A stretch of DNA of 64,000 nucleotides from an uncultured Eubacterium sp. (GTDB lineage Bacteria; Bacillota; Clostridia; Lachnospirales; Lachnospiraceae). Below the pieces are notes generated by a model. It saw only the letters and a program-made list of their open reading frames with translations. It searched no databases and was not told where the DNA came from. The stretch covers positions 9,579 to 73,578 of the forward strand of contig CAZAEM010000006.1 of assembly GCA_964484225.1 (NCBI GenBank), read 5' to 3'. Made by a program: the position numbers and the translations under genes. Positions 26,897 through 34,689 of this stretch are shown in pieces; position 1 is the stretch's first letter, and the number at the start of each line of letters is the position of its first letter.

Positions 26897-28051
26897 TTAT
26901 ATTTCCACATCCGCTCCGTAGTCCACATTGTCGTACCGGAAGCCGAACATATGGTAGAAATCCTCCCAGTATCCGTCGATATCTCCGTATTCCGCGATAT
27001 TCTCTGTGGTCACACGATCCCACACATCCGCGATCCGCTGCTGAACATCCTCTCTCATCTCCCGGTCATCCAGCCGGATCAGACCGTTTTCGTCCACCTC
27101 ACGGGCGGGAAGTTTTTCCGTAAACAAGCGGTACATCTGCTCTACACATCCCTCGTGAAGCCCCTTTTCCTTCATCACCCTGAAGAGAAGGGAGATATAC
27201 AACGGCACGATGGGGATGGCTGCGCTGCTCTGGGTCACCAATGCCTTGTTCACCGACACGTATGCCTTAAGCCCCAGATCCGTCATCTCCGACGTCATGC
27301 GGTCTGCCGTCTCGTAGAGGTGTTTCTTCGCCTGACCGATACTCCCCTCCTTGTAGATCGGATGGGTCACCTCCGGACCTATGTAGGAGTAAGCCAGGGT
27401 CACCGCCCCCCTGGCCAGCACGCCGGCCTCCGCCATGTCGTGGATCCACTCTTCCCAGTCCTCACCACCCATGACTTTCACGGTATTCCGGATTTCCTCC
27501 GGGGTTGCCACCGGCACCGTCACATCCACGATCTCATTGCTGCGAAGGTCGATGGTCTTGTTGGAGAACTCACTCCCCACCGTCTTCAACACAGAGGAGA
27601 CCGTAGTTCCGTCCTCCAGCGTGCGCCGGGGCGCCGCCATACTGTAGACCACCATATCCGCCGTACCCCAGTCCTTCTTTATCGTATCAATGACCTGCTG
27701 TTTCATCTCTTTGGAAAATCCGTCACCGTTAAAAGATTTCGCATAATATCCATCCTCCCCGGCAAACTCCTCAAAAGCCTTCGTGTTGTACCAGCCGGCC
27801 GTGGCCGTCCTCTTTCCCCTGGCCTCCTTCTCAAAGGAGACGCCGATGGTATCCGCCCCGTAACCGTATGTCACGGCGATGCGGCTGGCCAGTCCGTACC
27901 CGGTGGACGAACCGATCACCAGCACCTTCTTCGGCCCGGAAACCATCCCCCTGCCTCTGCAGTAGTCAATCTGTCTCCTAACACTCTCCCGGCATCCCAG
28001 CGGATGTGCGGTTGTGCAGATAAATCCTTTTACTTTTGGTTCTACAATCAT
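26897..28051 (-). CDS. fabV: trans-2-enoyl-CoA/ACP reductase (FabV/Ter family)
   Basis: MIVEPKVKGFICTTAHPLGC and VLVIGSSTGYGLASRI are FabV signatures. I set the start at ATG 28051, 10 nt after GGAGGA. Confidence 0.85.
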   Translation of the reverse strand: MIVEPKVKGFICTTAHPLGCRESVRRQIDYCRGRGMVSGPKKVLVIGSSTGYGLASRIAVTYGYGADTIGVSFEKEARGKRTATAGWYNTKAFEEFAGEDGYYAKSFNGDGFSKEMKQQVIDTIKKDWGTADMVVYSMAAPRRTLEDGTTVSSVLKTVGSEFSNKTIDLRSNEIVDVTVPVATPEEIRNTVKVMGGEDWEEWIHDMAEAGVLARGAVTLAYSYIGPEVTHPIYKEGSIGQAKKHLYETADRMTSEMTDLGLKAYVSVNKALVTQSSAAIPIVPLYISLLFRVMKEKGLHEGCVEQMYRLFTEKLPAREVDENGLIRLDDREMREDVQQRIADVWDRVTTENIAEYGDIDGYWEDFYHMFGFRYDNVDYGADVEI

Positions 28052-28081
28052 GATATGCTTGTCCTCCATTTTCTTGATTTT

Positions 28082-28762
28082 TCACAGTATTACATAGAAC
28101 AGGATCATAAAAAAATGTAAAATACTCCCCGCCAGCACAAAGAGGTGAAAGACGGAGTGAACGTACTTCTTTTTCTTCCCGACCCCGTACAGGACGGCGC
28201 CGATGGTATACGCCACGCCGCCGGTGATGAGAAACACTGTCCCTCCCGGCCCCAGGCATCGGATGGTAGGCCCTATGAAAAAGATAATGCACCACCCCAT
28301 GGCGAGGTAACAGATCATGGACATGATCCGGTACTTTTTCAGATCAACAGCCGTCAGGGTGGCCGCCACAAAGCAGCAGGCCCAGACAATCCCAAAAATC
28401 ACAAAGGCCTGCACCGGATAGATCGGCCGGAGGGCCGAGAGAGTCACCGGCGTATAGGTCCCTGCGATCAGAAAATATATTGTACAGTGATCGATCACCT
28501 GGAATACTTTTTTGGCCATCGACCGGTGAAGGCCGTGGTAGATACTGGACATCGTGTAGAGCACCACCATCGTCCCCCCGTATATAGCCGCTCCCACCAC
28601 ACCCCAGGCATCGGTGTAGAGGGCCGCAAAGATCACACAGAGGGACAGAGCCGCCGCCGCGAAGGCCCCTCCCACAATGTGGGACACCATATTAAAGACT
28701 TCCTCTCCCTTGGTATAAGAAGGAAGCACGCGGTCTTCCAGTCTGGTCCGCACCTGTTTCAA
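28082..28762 (-). CDS. Hemolysin-III / PAQR-family integral membrane protein
   Basis: It has seven predicted TM helices and an EEVFNMVSHIVGG-type N-terminus. I propose a TTG start at 28762, 8 nt after AGGAGG, overlapping the upstream TGA within TTGA. The ATG of MVSH (28693) is an alternative start. Confidence 0.7.
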   Translation of the reverse strand: MKQVRTRLEDRVLPSYTKGEEVFNMVSHIVGGAFAAAALSLCVIFAALYTDAWGVVGAAIYGGTMVVLYTMSSIYHGLHRSMAKKVFQVIDHCTIYFLIAGTYTPVTLSALRPIYPVQAFVIFGIVWACCFVAATLTAVDLKKYRIMSMICYLAMGWCIIFFIGPTIRCLGPGGTVFLITGGVAYTIGAVLYGVGKKKKYVHSVFHLFVLAGSILHFFMILFYVIL

Positions 28763-29520
28763 ATCCCATCCCTCCTGTCTATATCCTCCATCCGGGCGCC
28801 GAAATACCCCAGCACCCTCTCCAGCGTATTTTCCCGGATCATCCCCTGATGATAGTTGCTGAGTACCCACTCCATATATTTCTCCGGTATCTTCTTCTCC
28901 ATAGTACACCGGTTCAGGCTGTTGCCGTTTCCCAGGATGTTCAGGAGCCGGCCCGTCTCCTCCCGGCGTTTTTCGTTAAAGAGAACTGCCTCATTCTTTT
29001 TCAGCCATCCCAGCCCCTGCAGTCCTTCCGTCAACTGGTCAAAATCCATCTGAAACGCCGCCTGCATCCGGGCTATATCGAAACTGTTCCACACGGCCAG
29101 TTTCCTCCCCTCCATCACCAGATGAAGATAGCGGTATACCTCACTCTCCGGCATGAGAAGGCACTGGGCAAAAAAGCGGGCTTCCTGCCTCTTTTCCTGC
29201 CCCTCCCCATCCAAACTCCCGTCATCGTCCACCCACCGCTCCGTCTCCTCCATATGCATCAGAATATGACCCAATGCCATTGCCAGAGCAAACCTCTCCT
29301 GCGCAAAGGGCAGAGCAGAGTTGGAGTAGAGGATCCGATCCCCCTCCCGGATCTGCGCGAATCCCTTCACCGCCCGGGTGGCCAGGGGATACCTGACAAC
29401 GCAGTACCCCCTCCTCTCGCACTCCCCGAAAAGATCCGCAATATGATAACCCAGTCTATGGCAGCCCTGCCCGAACTCGTCCGCCAGCCGCCGGATTTTC
29501 TTTTTCCCCTCCTCCGTCAT
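28759..29520 (-). CDS. ImmA/IrrE-like (DUF955) domain protein with a degenerate zinc motif
   Basis: The domain landmarks are ERFALAMALGHILMH (canonical f.laHElgH..lh) and EARFFAQCLLMPESEV (canonical E.eAN.FA..lLmP). The His and Glu of HExxH are replaced by Met and Ala. Confidence 0.7.
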   Translation of the reverse strand: MTEEGKKKIRRLADEFGQGCHRLGYHIADLFGECERRGYCVVRYPLATRAVKGFAQIREGDRILYSNSALPFAQERFALAMALGHILMHMEETERWVDDDGSLDGEGQEKRQEARFFAQCLLMPESEVYRYLHLVMEGRKLAVWNSFDIARMQAAFQMDFDQLTEGLQGLGWLKKNEAVLFNEKRREETGRLLNILGNGNSLNRCTMEKKIPEKYMEWVLSNYHQGMIRENTLERVLGYFGARMEDIDRRDGI

Positions 29521-29846
29521 TGGCCCCTCCTCATAATATGGTAAATATGCCGATTGGCGTAAAACAAATCCAGCATCTCAAAAATCCGGTCCAGATCCGC
29601 CTCCTCACCCATCTCCCCTCCGGTGCGCTTCGTCTGCTCCGGATCCAGAACCTTCGTCATATCGTTCAATGTCACATCGAATAAAACAGCCAGCAGCGAC
29701 AACTGCTCCATTGTCACGTCATTGGAACCGTTCTCCATCCGGGCCAGTTTCTGCCGGCTCACTCCCAGCTCCTTTGCCACCTGGCTCTGAGTCATCTTAT
29801 TCATTTTGCGCAGTTCCCGGATTCTCGCTCCCAGTGCACGATCCAT
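29517..29846 (-). CDS. XRE-family HTH regulator, partner of the ImmA-like gene
   Basis: The HTH region is LGARIRELRKMNKMTQSQVAKELGVSRQKLARMENGS. The gene overlaps the downstream gene by 4 nt. Confidence 0.85.
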   Translation of the reverse strand: MDRALGARIRELRKMNKMTQSQVAKELGVSRQKLARMENGSNDVTMEQLSLLAVLFDVTLNDMTKVLDPEQTKRTGGEMGEEADLDRIFEMLDLFYANRHIYHIMRRGQ

Positions 29847-29960
29847 ATCCTCACGGCCTTTCTATCTGATTCTCTGCAGATTAACCTTTTGACCCTAACT
29901 TCATTATATAACAGTACAAAAAAAAAGCAAGAAAAAGTTATGTTTCTGTAACACACTCTC

Positions 29961-29989
29961 TTGACTTTGTCACAGGATTTTGCGATAAT
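29961..29989 (+). promoter_or_regulatory. Sigma-A-type promoter candidate for the plus-strand CgeB-like gene
   Basis: TTGACT (29961-29966), a 17-nt spacer, then GATAAT (29984-29989). Confidence 0.5.
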
Positions 29990-30039
29990 TTCTATAGCAG
30001 TAAATGTAGGAAAATCCGGAGATCGGGAGGAAAAGACGA

Positions 30040-31221
30040 ATGAAATTACTGTTTATGGACTGGCGCGCTTTCTGCCGTCAGGATGTACTGGACGCATTCC
30101 AGGCCCTGGGCCACGAATATATTCTATATCCATTATCGGATCAGGCGCAGAAACTGGGCATGGATCAGGAAGAGGTGGAGGGGATCCGGGCGGCCATCCA
30201 GAAAAACGGGTGTCAGTTTGTCTTCTCCATGAACTATTTTCCCATGGTCTCCGAGGCGTGTATGCGCGCAGGGATCCCCTACCTGTCCTGGATATATGAC
30301 AATCCCTACATGAAAGCCTATGCCGTGAACATAATCAACGACTGTAACTACATATTCACTTTTGACAGCGCCATGTACGAGCAGATCACTGCCCAGGGCG
30401 TCACCACCATGTACTACGCTCCCATGGCCGCCAACCCGGACCGCCTGACTTCTTATGTCCATATTCCACAGCGGTTCCGGCAGGACATCTCCTTTGTGGG
30501 AGCACTCTACAATGAAGATCACAATTTTTATGACGAATTCGTGAAAAATGCAAAAAAGAACGGAAAAGACCGCTGGATCGGCTACATCGACGCCCTGATC
30601 CAGGTGCAGCTGCAGCTGTACGGGACAAACATCCTCTCCCGATCCATCCAGCCGGATATCGCTGCCAGCGGTTACGCCAGCATCAACTCCTGGACAGAAC
30701 AAAACGCCTATTTCACCACACCGGAGGCACTGTTCTGCGACAATGTACTGTGTCGCCGTATCACCGCCATCGAACGTCAAACACTCCTGGAAAAACTGTC
30801 CCGAAACCACGAAGTGGCCCTCTACACCAGAAATCCGGAAGCAAAAGTCGGGAAATGCGACAACCGCGGTTACGTGGACTACAAAACAGAAATGCCCCAG
30901 GTGTTCCGGGGCAGCAAGATCAATCTCAACATCTCTCTGCGGAGCATCCAGAACGGCATCCCGCTCCGCGCCATGGAGATCATGGGCTGCGGAGGATTCC
31001 TGCTTACCAATTTCCAGAATGATTTTCTCCTTCATTTTGAGCCCGATGTGGATTTTGTCTACTATGAAAATATGGAGGATGCGCAGGAAAAGGCGGATTA
31101 CTACCTGGCGCACGAGAAGGAGCGGATGCAGATCGCAGAAAACGGTCTGGCAAAAATCCGGGAATATCACACCTATGAGAAAAGGCTGAAAGAGATGCTG
31201 GCATTGGCCGGCATGGCATGA
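30040..31221 (+). CDS. CgeB-like glycosyltransferase (DUF3880 N-domain plus Glyco_trans_1_2-type C-domain), paralogue 1
   Basis: It shares its architecture and motifs with 43776-44951 and 53710-54870: FVFSMNYFPMVS, ISFVGALY, and KINLNISLRSIQNGIPLRAMEIMGCGGFLLTN...AENG. Confidence 0.7.
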   Translation: MKLLFMDWRAFCRQDVLDAFQALGHEYILYPLSDQAQKLGMDQEEVEGIRAAIQKNGCQFVFSMNYFPMVSEACMRAGIPYLSWIYDNPYMKAYAVNIINDCNYIFTFDSAMYEQITAQGVTTMYYAPMAANPDRLTSYVHIPQRFRQDISFVGALYNEDHNFYDEFVKNAKKNGKDRWIGYIDALIQVQLQLYGTNILSRSIQPDIAASGYASINSWTEQNAYFTTPEALFCDNVLCRRITAIERQTLLEKLSRNHEVALYTRNPEAKVGKCDNRGYVDYKTEMPQVFRGSKINLNISLRSIQNGIPLRAMEIMGCGGFLLTNFQNDFLLHFEPDVDFVYYENMEDAQEKADYYLAHEKERMQIAENGLAKIREYHTYEKRLKEMLALAGMA

Positions 31222-31336
31222 AGGCCTTGGAGGGATTTTCTCAAATATACAAATCCTCCGGAGGATCATGGTCGGCACCGAGAAGCTGACTCTACAACCG
31301 GCACTACAGCCGCAAAATTCGATTCCTGTGCCAGGA

Positions 31337-31573
31337 CTACCCCTCCTGTATCCTCATCGCCATCTCGTGATAAAAAATATCGGCAGCCAGCACGTAATCC
31401 CTCTTCTCCACCGCGTCAAACAGTGGATTGATCAGCTCTGCAAACTCGGGAATGTTCGTTACCAGTCCCACCACATCCAGGAACATTCCCATTCCGTCCT
31501 CGATGCGTTCCTGATAAAAACAGGTAGAAATCTCAATCAATTTCTCCTTTACTACAGCAAGATCCATCTCCAT
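31337..31573 (-). CDS. Small helical protein (78 aa) homologous to the N-terminal extension of Maf paralogue 1
   Basis: LFDAVEKRDYVLAADIFYHEM aligns with Maf1 LLDAYEERDYILAADYMESGI, with 11 of 21 positions identical by eye. It is the last gene of the minus-strand island operon. Confidence 0.6.
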   Translation of the reverse strand: MEMDLAVVKEKLIEISTCFYQERIEDGMGMFLDVVGLVTNIPEFAELINPLFDAVEKRDYVLAADIFYHEMAMRIQEG

Positions 31574-31639
31574 CTTCTCCTATTCTTTTTTAATAAATTT
31601 TTTCATGACCTGTTTCACTGCACAATCAAACGTCTTTGT

Positions 31640-32659
31640 CTATAGCAATATAGAGCGCAGATACTCCACCAGTTCCGTGTTCTCCTCCTCCGTCCTGACC
31701 GCCAGGCGGATGTACTGTCCTTTTCCAATCTTACGGCTCAAATCTTTGATGAAAAAATCTTTCTCCAGCAGCCGGACCGCCAGCTCTCTGCCGGTCATAC
31801 CGCCGGACAGTCCGCACATGATATAGTTGGCCTGGGATCTGTATACTTTCAGGCAGGGAATCGCCTCCAGCTCCCTCTCCATCTTTTGCCTGGCCTGTCG
31901 CACCTTTTTCAGGGAAATATGGTAATCCCCCTTGTACTTCTCATATATCTGCATAAAAAACTCGCCGACAGAGTTGATATTCCAGATAGCCACGTCCTCT
32001 TTCAATGCCCGTATCATATCCTCGTCACTGCTGGCAAGAATGCCCAGGCGCAATCCCGGTATCCCGTATGATTTGGAAATAGACTTTACCACATACAATT
32101 TTTCGTATGAGATGAGGATCTCTTCCCTCAGGACAGAGTTTTCTTCCGGAGAGCCATCGCTGTCCACAAAATCTATGAAACTCTCATTCAGTATAAGGGC
32201 AAGATCCTGCTCCCTTGCCCAGGCGATCAGGCGCAGGACACCCTCCCTGTCCATATAGTTGCCGGAAGGATTATCCGGGTTGATGACCACGAGAGCGTCA
32301 ATCTCCCTGCCCTGAAAATTGTGGATGACCTCATCAGCACCGTAGCAGAAATCCGGCGCCGTATCATAAACCGCCGCCTCCCGGCAAAACCGGTTGGGAT
32401 ATTCCTCAAAGGTAGGTCGGATAAAGCCCATCCTCCGAAAATCTGTTCTCTCCATCAAAGCCTTAATCAGCTCGGCAGCACCGTTTCCCACCACAATGTG
32501 TTCACGGGACACGCCAAAATTTTTCGCCGCCAGAAGACTGTTCACCTCCATGCCGGATGGATACTGCGTGATCAGTGATGAGATGTTGGCATTGATCTCA
32601 TCCAGCATCTTCCGGGGAGGAAAATAGAGATTCTGCAATATCCAGATCCTGGATATCAT
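31640..32659 (-). CDS. Class I/II-fold PLP-dependent enzyme (HisC/CobD-like aminotransferase or decarboxylase)
   Basis: NLYFPP (NPxGPP-like), VVGNGAAELI, VINPDNPSG, and the PLP-lysine motif KSISKSYGIPGLRLG are present. The start is uncertain. ATG 32659 overlaps the upstream gene by 62 nt, and ATG 32608 would overlap by 11 nt but removes the NLYFPP strand. Confidence 0.75.
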   Translation of the reverse strand: MISRIWILQNLYFPPRKMLDEINANISSLITQYPSGMEVNSLLAAKNFGVSREHIVVGNGAAELIKALMERTDFRRMGFIRPTFEEYPNRFCREAAVYDTAPDFCYGADEVIHNFQGREIDALVVINPDNPSGNYMDREGVLRLIAWAREQDLALILNESFIDFVDSDGSPEENSVLREEILISYEKLYVVKSISKSYGIPGLRLGILASSDEDMIRALKEDVAIWNINSVGEFFMQIYEKYKGDYHISLKKVRQARQKMERELEAIPCLKVYRSQANYIMCGLSGGMTGRELAVRLLEKDFFIKDLSRKIGKGQYIRLAVRTEEENTELVEYLRSILL

Positions 32660-33350
32660 CAATCTCGTACCACAGTTTTCCCTCCAGCCGCCTGGCTTGG
32701 ATCTCCTTTGTCTCCAGCATGGCAATCAGTTTGATCACGGATTCGTAGTATTCGTTGTTCCCCATGGCCTTCGCATAGGCCCTCAGAAAAGGCAGGTAGG
32801 TGTTTTCTGAAAAATGCCGGCTGAATTTGTAGATATTTACTGTCTTATAGTACTTGTCCTTCTCCTCGAAATTCAGATATCTGCCGGGTATGAAATCTAT
32901 GATGCAGTCATTTTCATCCAGCACCGTACAGGTGCCGTCCATCCAGTTCTCAAATTTGTCCACCAGGGCCAGCGTATCCCTGGGATCCCGCAGCAGATCA
33001 TCGATGACAGACGCCTCAAACACCAGGTCGGATTCCAGAAGAAGGGTATCTTCCCTGCACAGATACTCCCCGGCCAGGGCGAGGGAGTATATATTGTTCG
33101 TCCTGTCATAAACATTGTTCTCGATAAAGACAATAGGTGTCCGGATATTCAGCGTCCCGATATAATCCCGCAGTTTCTGTCCACAATAACCGGTGATGAT
33201 AACAATCCTGGACAGATCCCTGTCATCCAGAATAAGTAACATCCTGTGAATGATCGTAACACCGTTCACCTCCACCATACACTTCGTGCGATCCGCTGTC
33301 AAGTTCTTCAATCTCTTACCCATTCCCGCTGCCAGAATCACTGCCTGCAT
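32598..33350 (-). CDS. LicC-like sugar/alcohol-phosphate nucleotidyl(cytidylyl)transferase
   Basis: MQAVILAAGMGKRL...RTKCMVEVNG is the NTP-transferase P-loop. The length of about 250 aa is LicC-like. I set the start at ATG 33350, 7 nt after GGAGGAAAAGG. Confidence 0.8.
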   Translation of the reverse strand: MQAVILAAGMGKRLKNLTADRTKCMVEVNGVTIIHRMLLILDDRDLSRIVIITGYCGQKLRDYIGTLNIRTPIVFIENNVYDRTNNIYSLALAGEYLCREDTLLLESDLVFEASVIDDLLRDPRDTLALVDKFENWMDGTCTVLDENDCIIDFIPGRYLNFEEKDKYYKTVNIYKFSRHFSENTYLPFLRAYAKAMGNNEYYESVIKLIAMLETKEIQARRLEGKLWYEIDDIQDLDIAESLFSSPEDAG

Positions 33351-33585
33351 ACCTTTTCCTCCGTCCGTTTTACAAAATAACAATCAAATTGTAAGCCTCG
33401 TCATAATCTTTGATCAGGGATCATCTGTGGGCGAGCAGCTTCTCCTTCTTTTCCAGATCGTGTATCTCGGTGACCACTGCCATTTTTTCTCAAACTCCCT
33501 GACTTGAGTTCTTCCTGTCCAATATACGGGTTGGTAATTGATATTTTACTCATAATCTATCTGTTCCCCCAATAGAAATAGGTTG

Positions 33586-34578
33586 TCACACATTATAAAT
33601 ATCCGTCTTATATCGGTCCATATTCTCCCGGATCCAGGCAATGGTCTCTCTGATCCCCTCCCTCAGGCTGTACCGGGGCGTCCAGTCCGTCAGGGATTTT
33701 ATCTTTGCATTGGCACCCAGCAGACGGTTCACTTCGCTTTTTTCCGGACGAAGCCTCTGCTCGTCACAGACGATCTCCGCTCCGGGATTGATCTGCGAAA
33801 TTATCTCCTCCGCCAACTCCCCGATGGAGATCTCCTGCTGGGTGGCGATATTGATCTCCTCCCCAAGAGTCCTCTCGGACTCTGCAATGGCGATGAAACC
33901 GGCCGCCGTGTCTTTCACATAATTGAAATCCCGGGTGGGGCTGAGGGCTCCCAGCTGTATCCTGTCCTTCCCCGCCAAAAGCTGGGATATGATCGTAGGT
34001 ATCACCGCCCTGGCGGACTGTCTCGGCCCATAGGTGTTGAAAGGACGGACGATGGACACCGGCAGATCAAAACTCCGATAAAAACTCTCCGCCAGACGAT
34101 CTGCCCCAATCTTGGTGGCTGAGTAGGGCGACTGCCCCTGGAACGGATGGTTTTCGTCAATCGGCACATACTTTGCCGTGCCGTACACCTCCGAGGTGGA
34201 GGTGACTAACACTCTCTCTGTGCCAAGTTCCCTGGCCGCCTGGAGCACATTCAATGTGCCCTTGATATTGGTATCCACATAGGAGTCCGGTGAATGGTAG
34301 CTGAAGGGGATAGCGATCAGCGCTGCCAGGTGAAACACATAGTCCATGCCCCGCATAGCTTCCCGGACTCCATTGGGATCCCGGATGTCCCCGGAAAATA
34401 TCTCAATCTCTCTCAACTTTCCCTCGGGAAAGGTATCCAGCCACCCCCAGGTGTTAAATGAATTGTAGCAGGTAAACGCCTTCACTTCATAACCGGCCTC
34501 CAAAAGGCTCTCCGTCAGATGGCTCCCGATGAATCCGTCCGCCCCCGTCACCAACACTTTCTTTCCCATATTCCTCAT
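33586..34578 (-). CDS. legB: NAD-dependent sugar-nucleotide 4,6-dehydratase, LegB-like
   Basis: The Rossmann motif is VLVTGADGFIGSHL. YNSFNTWGWLD is present, and the catalytic motif is SPYSATKIGAD (YxxxK). Confidence 0.75.
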   Translation of the reverse strand: MRNMGKKVLVTGADGFIGSHLTESLLEAGYEVKAFTCYNSFNTWGWLDTFPEGKLREIEIFSGDIRDPNGVREAMRGMDYVFHLAALIAIPFSYHSPDSYVDTNIKGTLNVLQAARELGTERVLVTSTSEVYGTAKYVPIDENHPFQGQSPYSATKIGADRLAESFYRSFDLPVSIVRPFNTYGPRQSARAVIPTIISQLLAGKDRIQLGALSPTRDFNYVKDTAAGFIAIAESERTLGEEINIATQQEISIGELAEEIISQINPGAEIVCDEQRLRPEKSEVNRLLGANAKIKSLTDWTPRYSLREGIRETIAWIRENMDRYKTDIYNV

Positions 34579-34689
34579 TTCCTTTCACTCTTCATCATTT
34601 TCTGTCCCCTCTTCATCTCATTGTATCATGAGAGGCTTACTAAAGATACCCTCTATATTAACCCAAAGAAATCCTGAGGATACCTTATG

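Noticed and set aside
28759-29846. The XRE/ImmA pair as the boundary of a prophage or ICE
   Set aside because: No integrase, recombinase, excisionase, phage structural or conjugation gene is present, and no att-like repeat is visible on either side. The neighbours are fabV and the glycosylation island.
29961-30299. Plus-strand ORFs 29961-30299 and 31268-31645
   Set aside because: The first overlaps the promoter and start of the well-supported CgeB-like gene in another frame. The second is antisense to the 78-aa Maf-N-like gene and has low-complexity composition.
31229-31259. Hairpin GGAGGGATTT...AAATCCTCC between convergent genes, as a terminator
   Set aside because: The stem is bulged, the loop is 12 nt, and no U-tract follows on either strand. 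It is possibly a weak terminator but is not supportable as a feature.
31640-33350. A full phosphonate (PepM-dependent) biosynthetic cluster
   Set aside because: No PEP mutase or phosphonopyruvate decarboxylase motif-bearing ORF exists anywhere in the window. The phosphonate idea is kept only as one alternative within the finding above.
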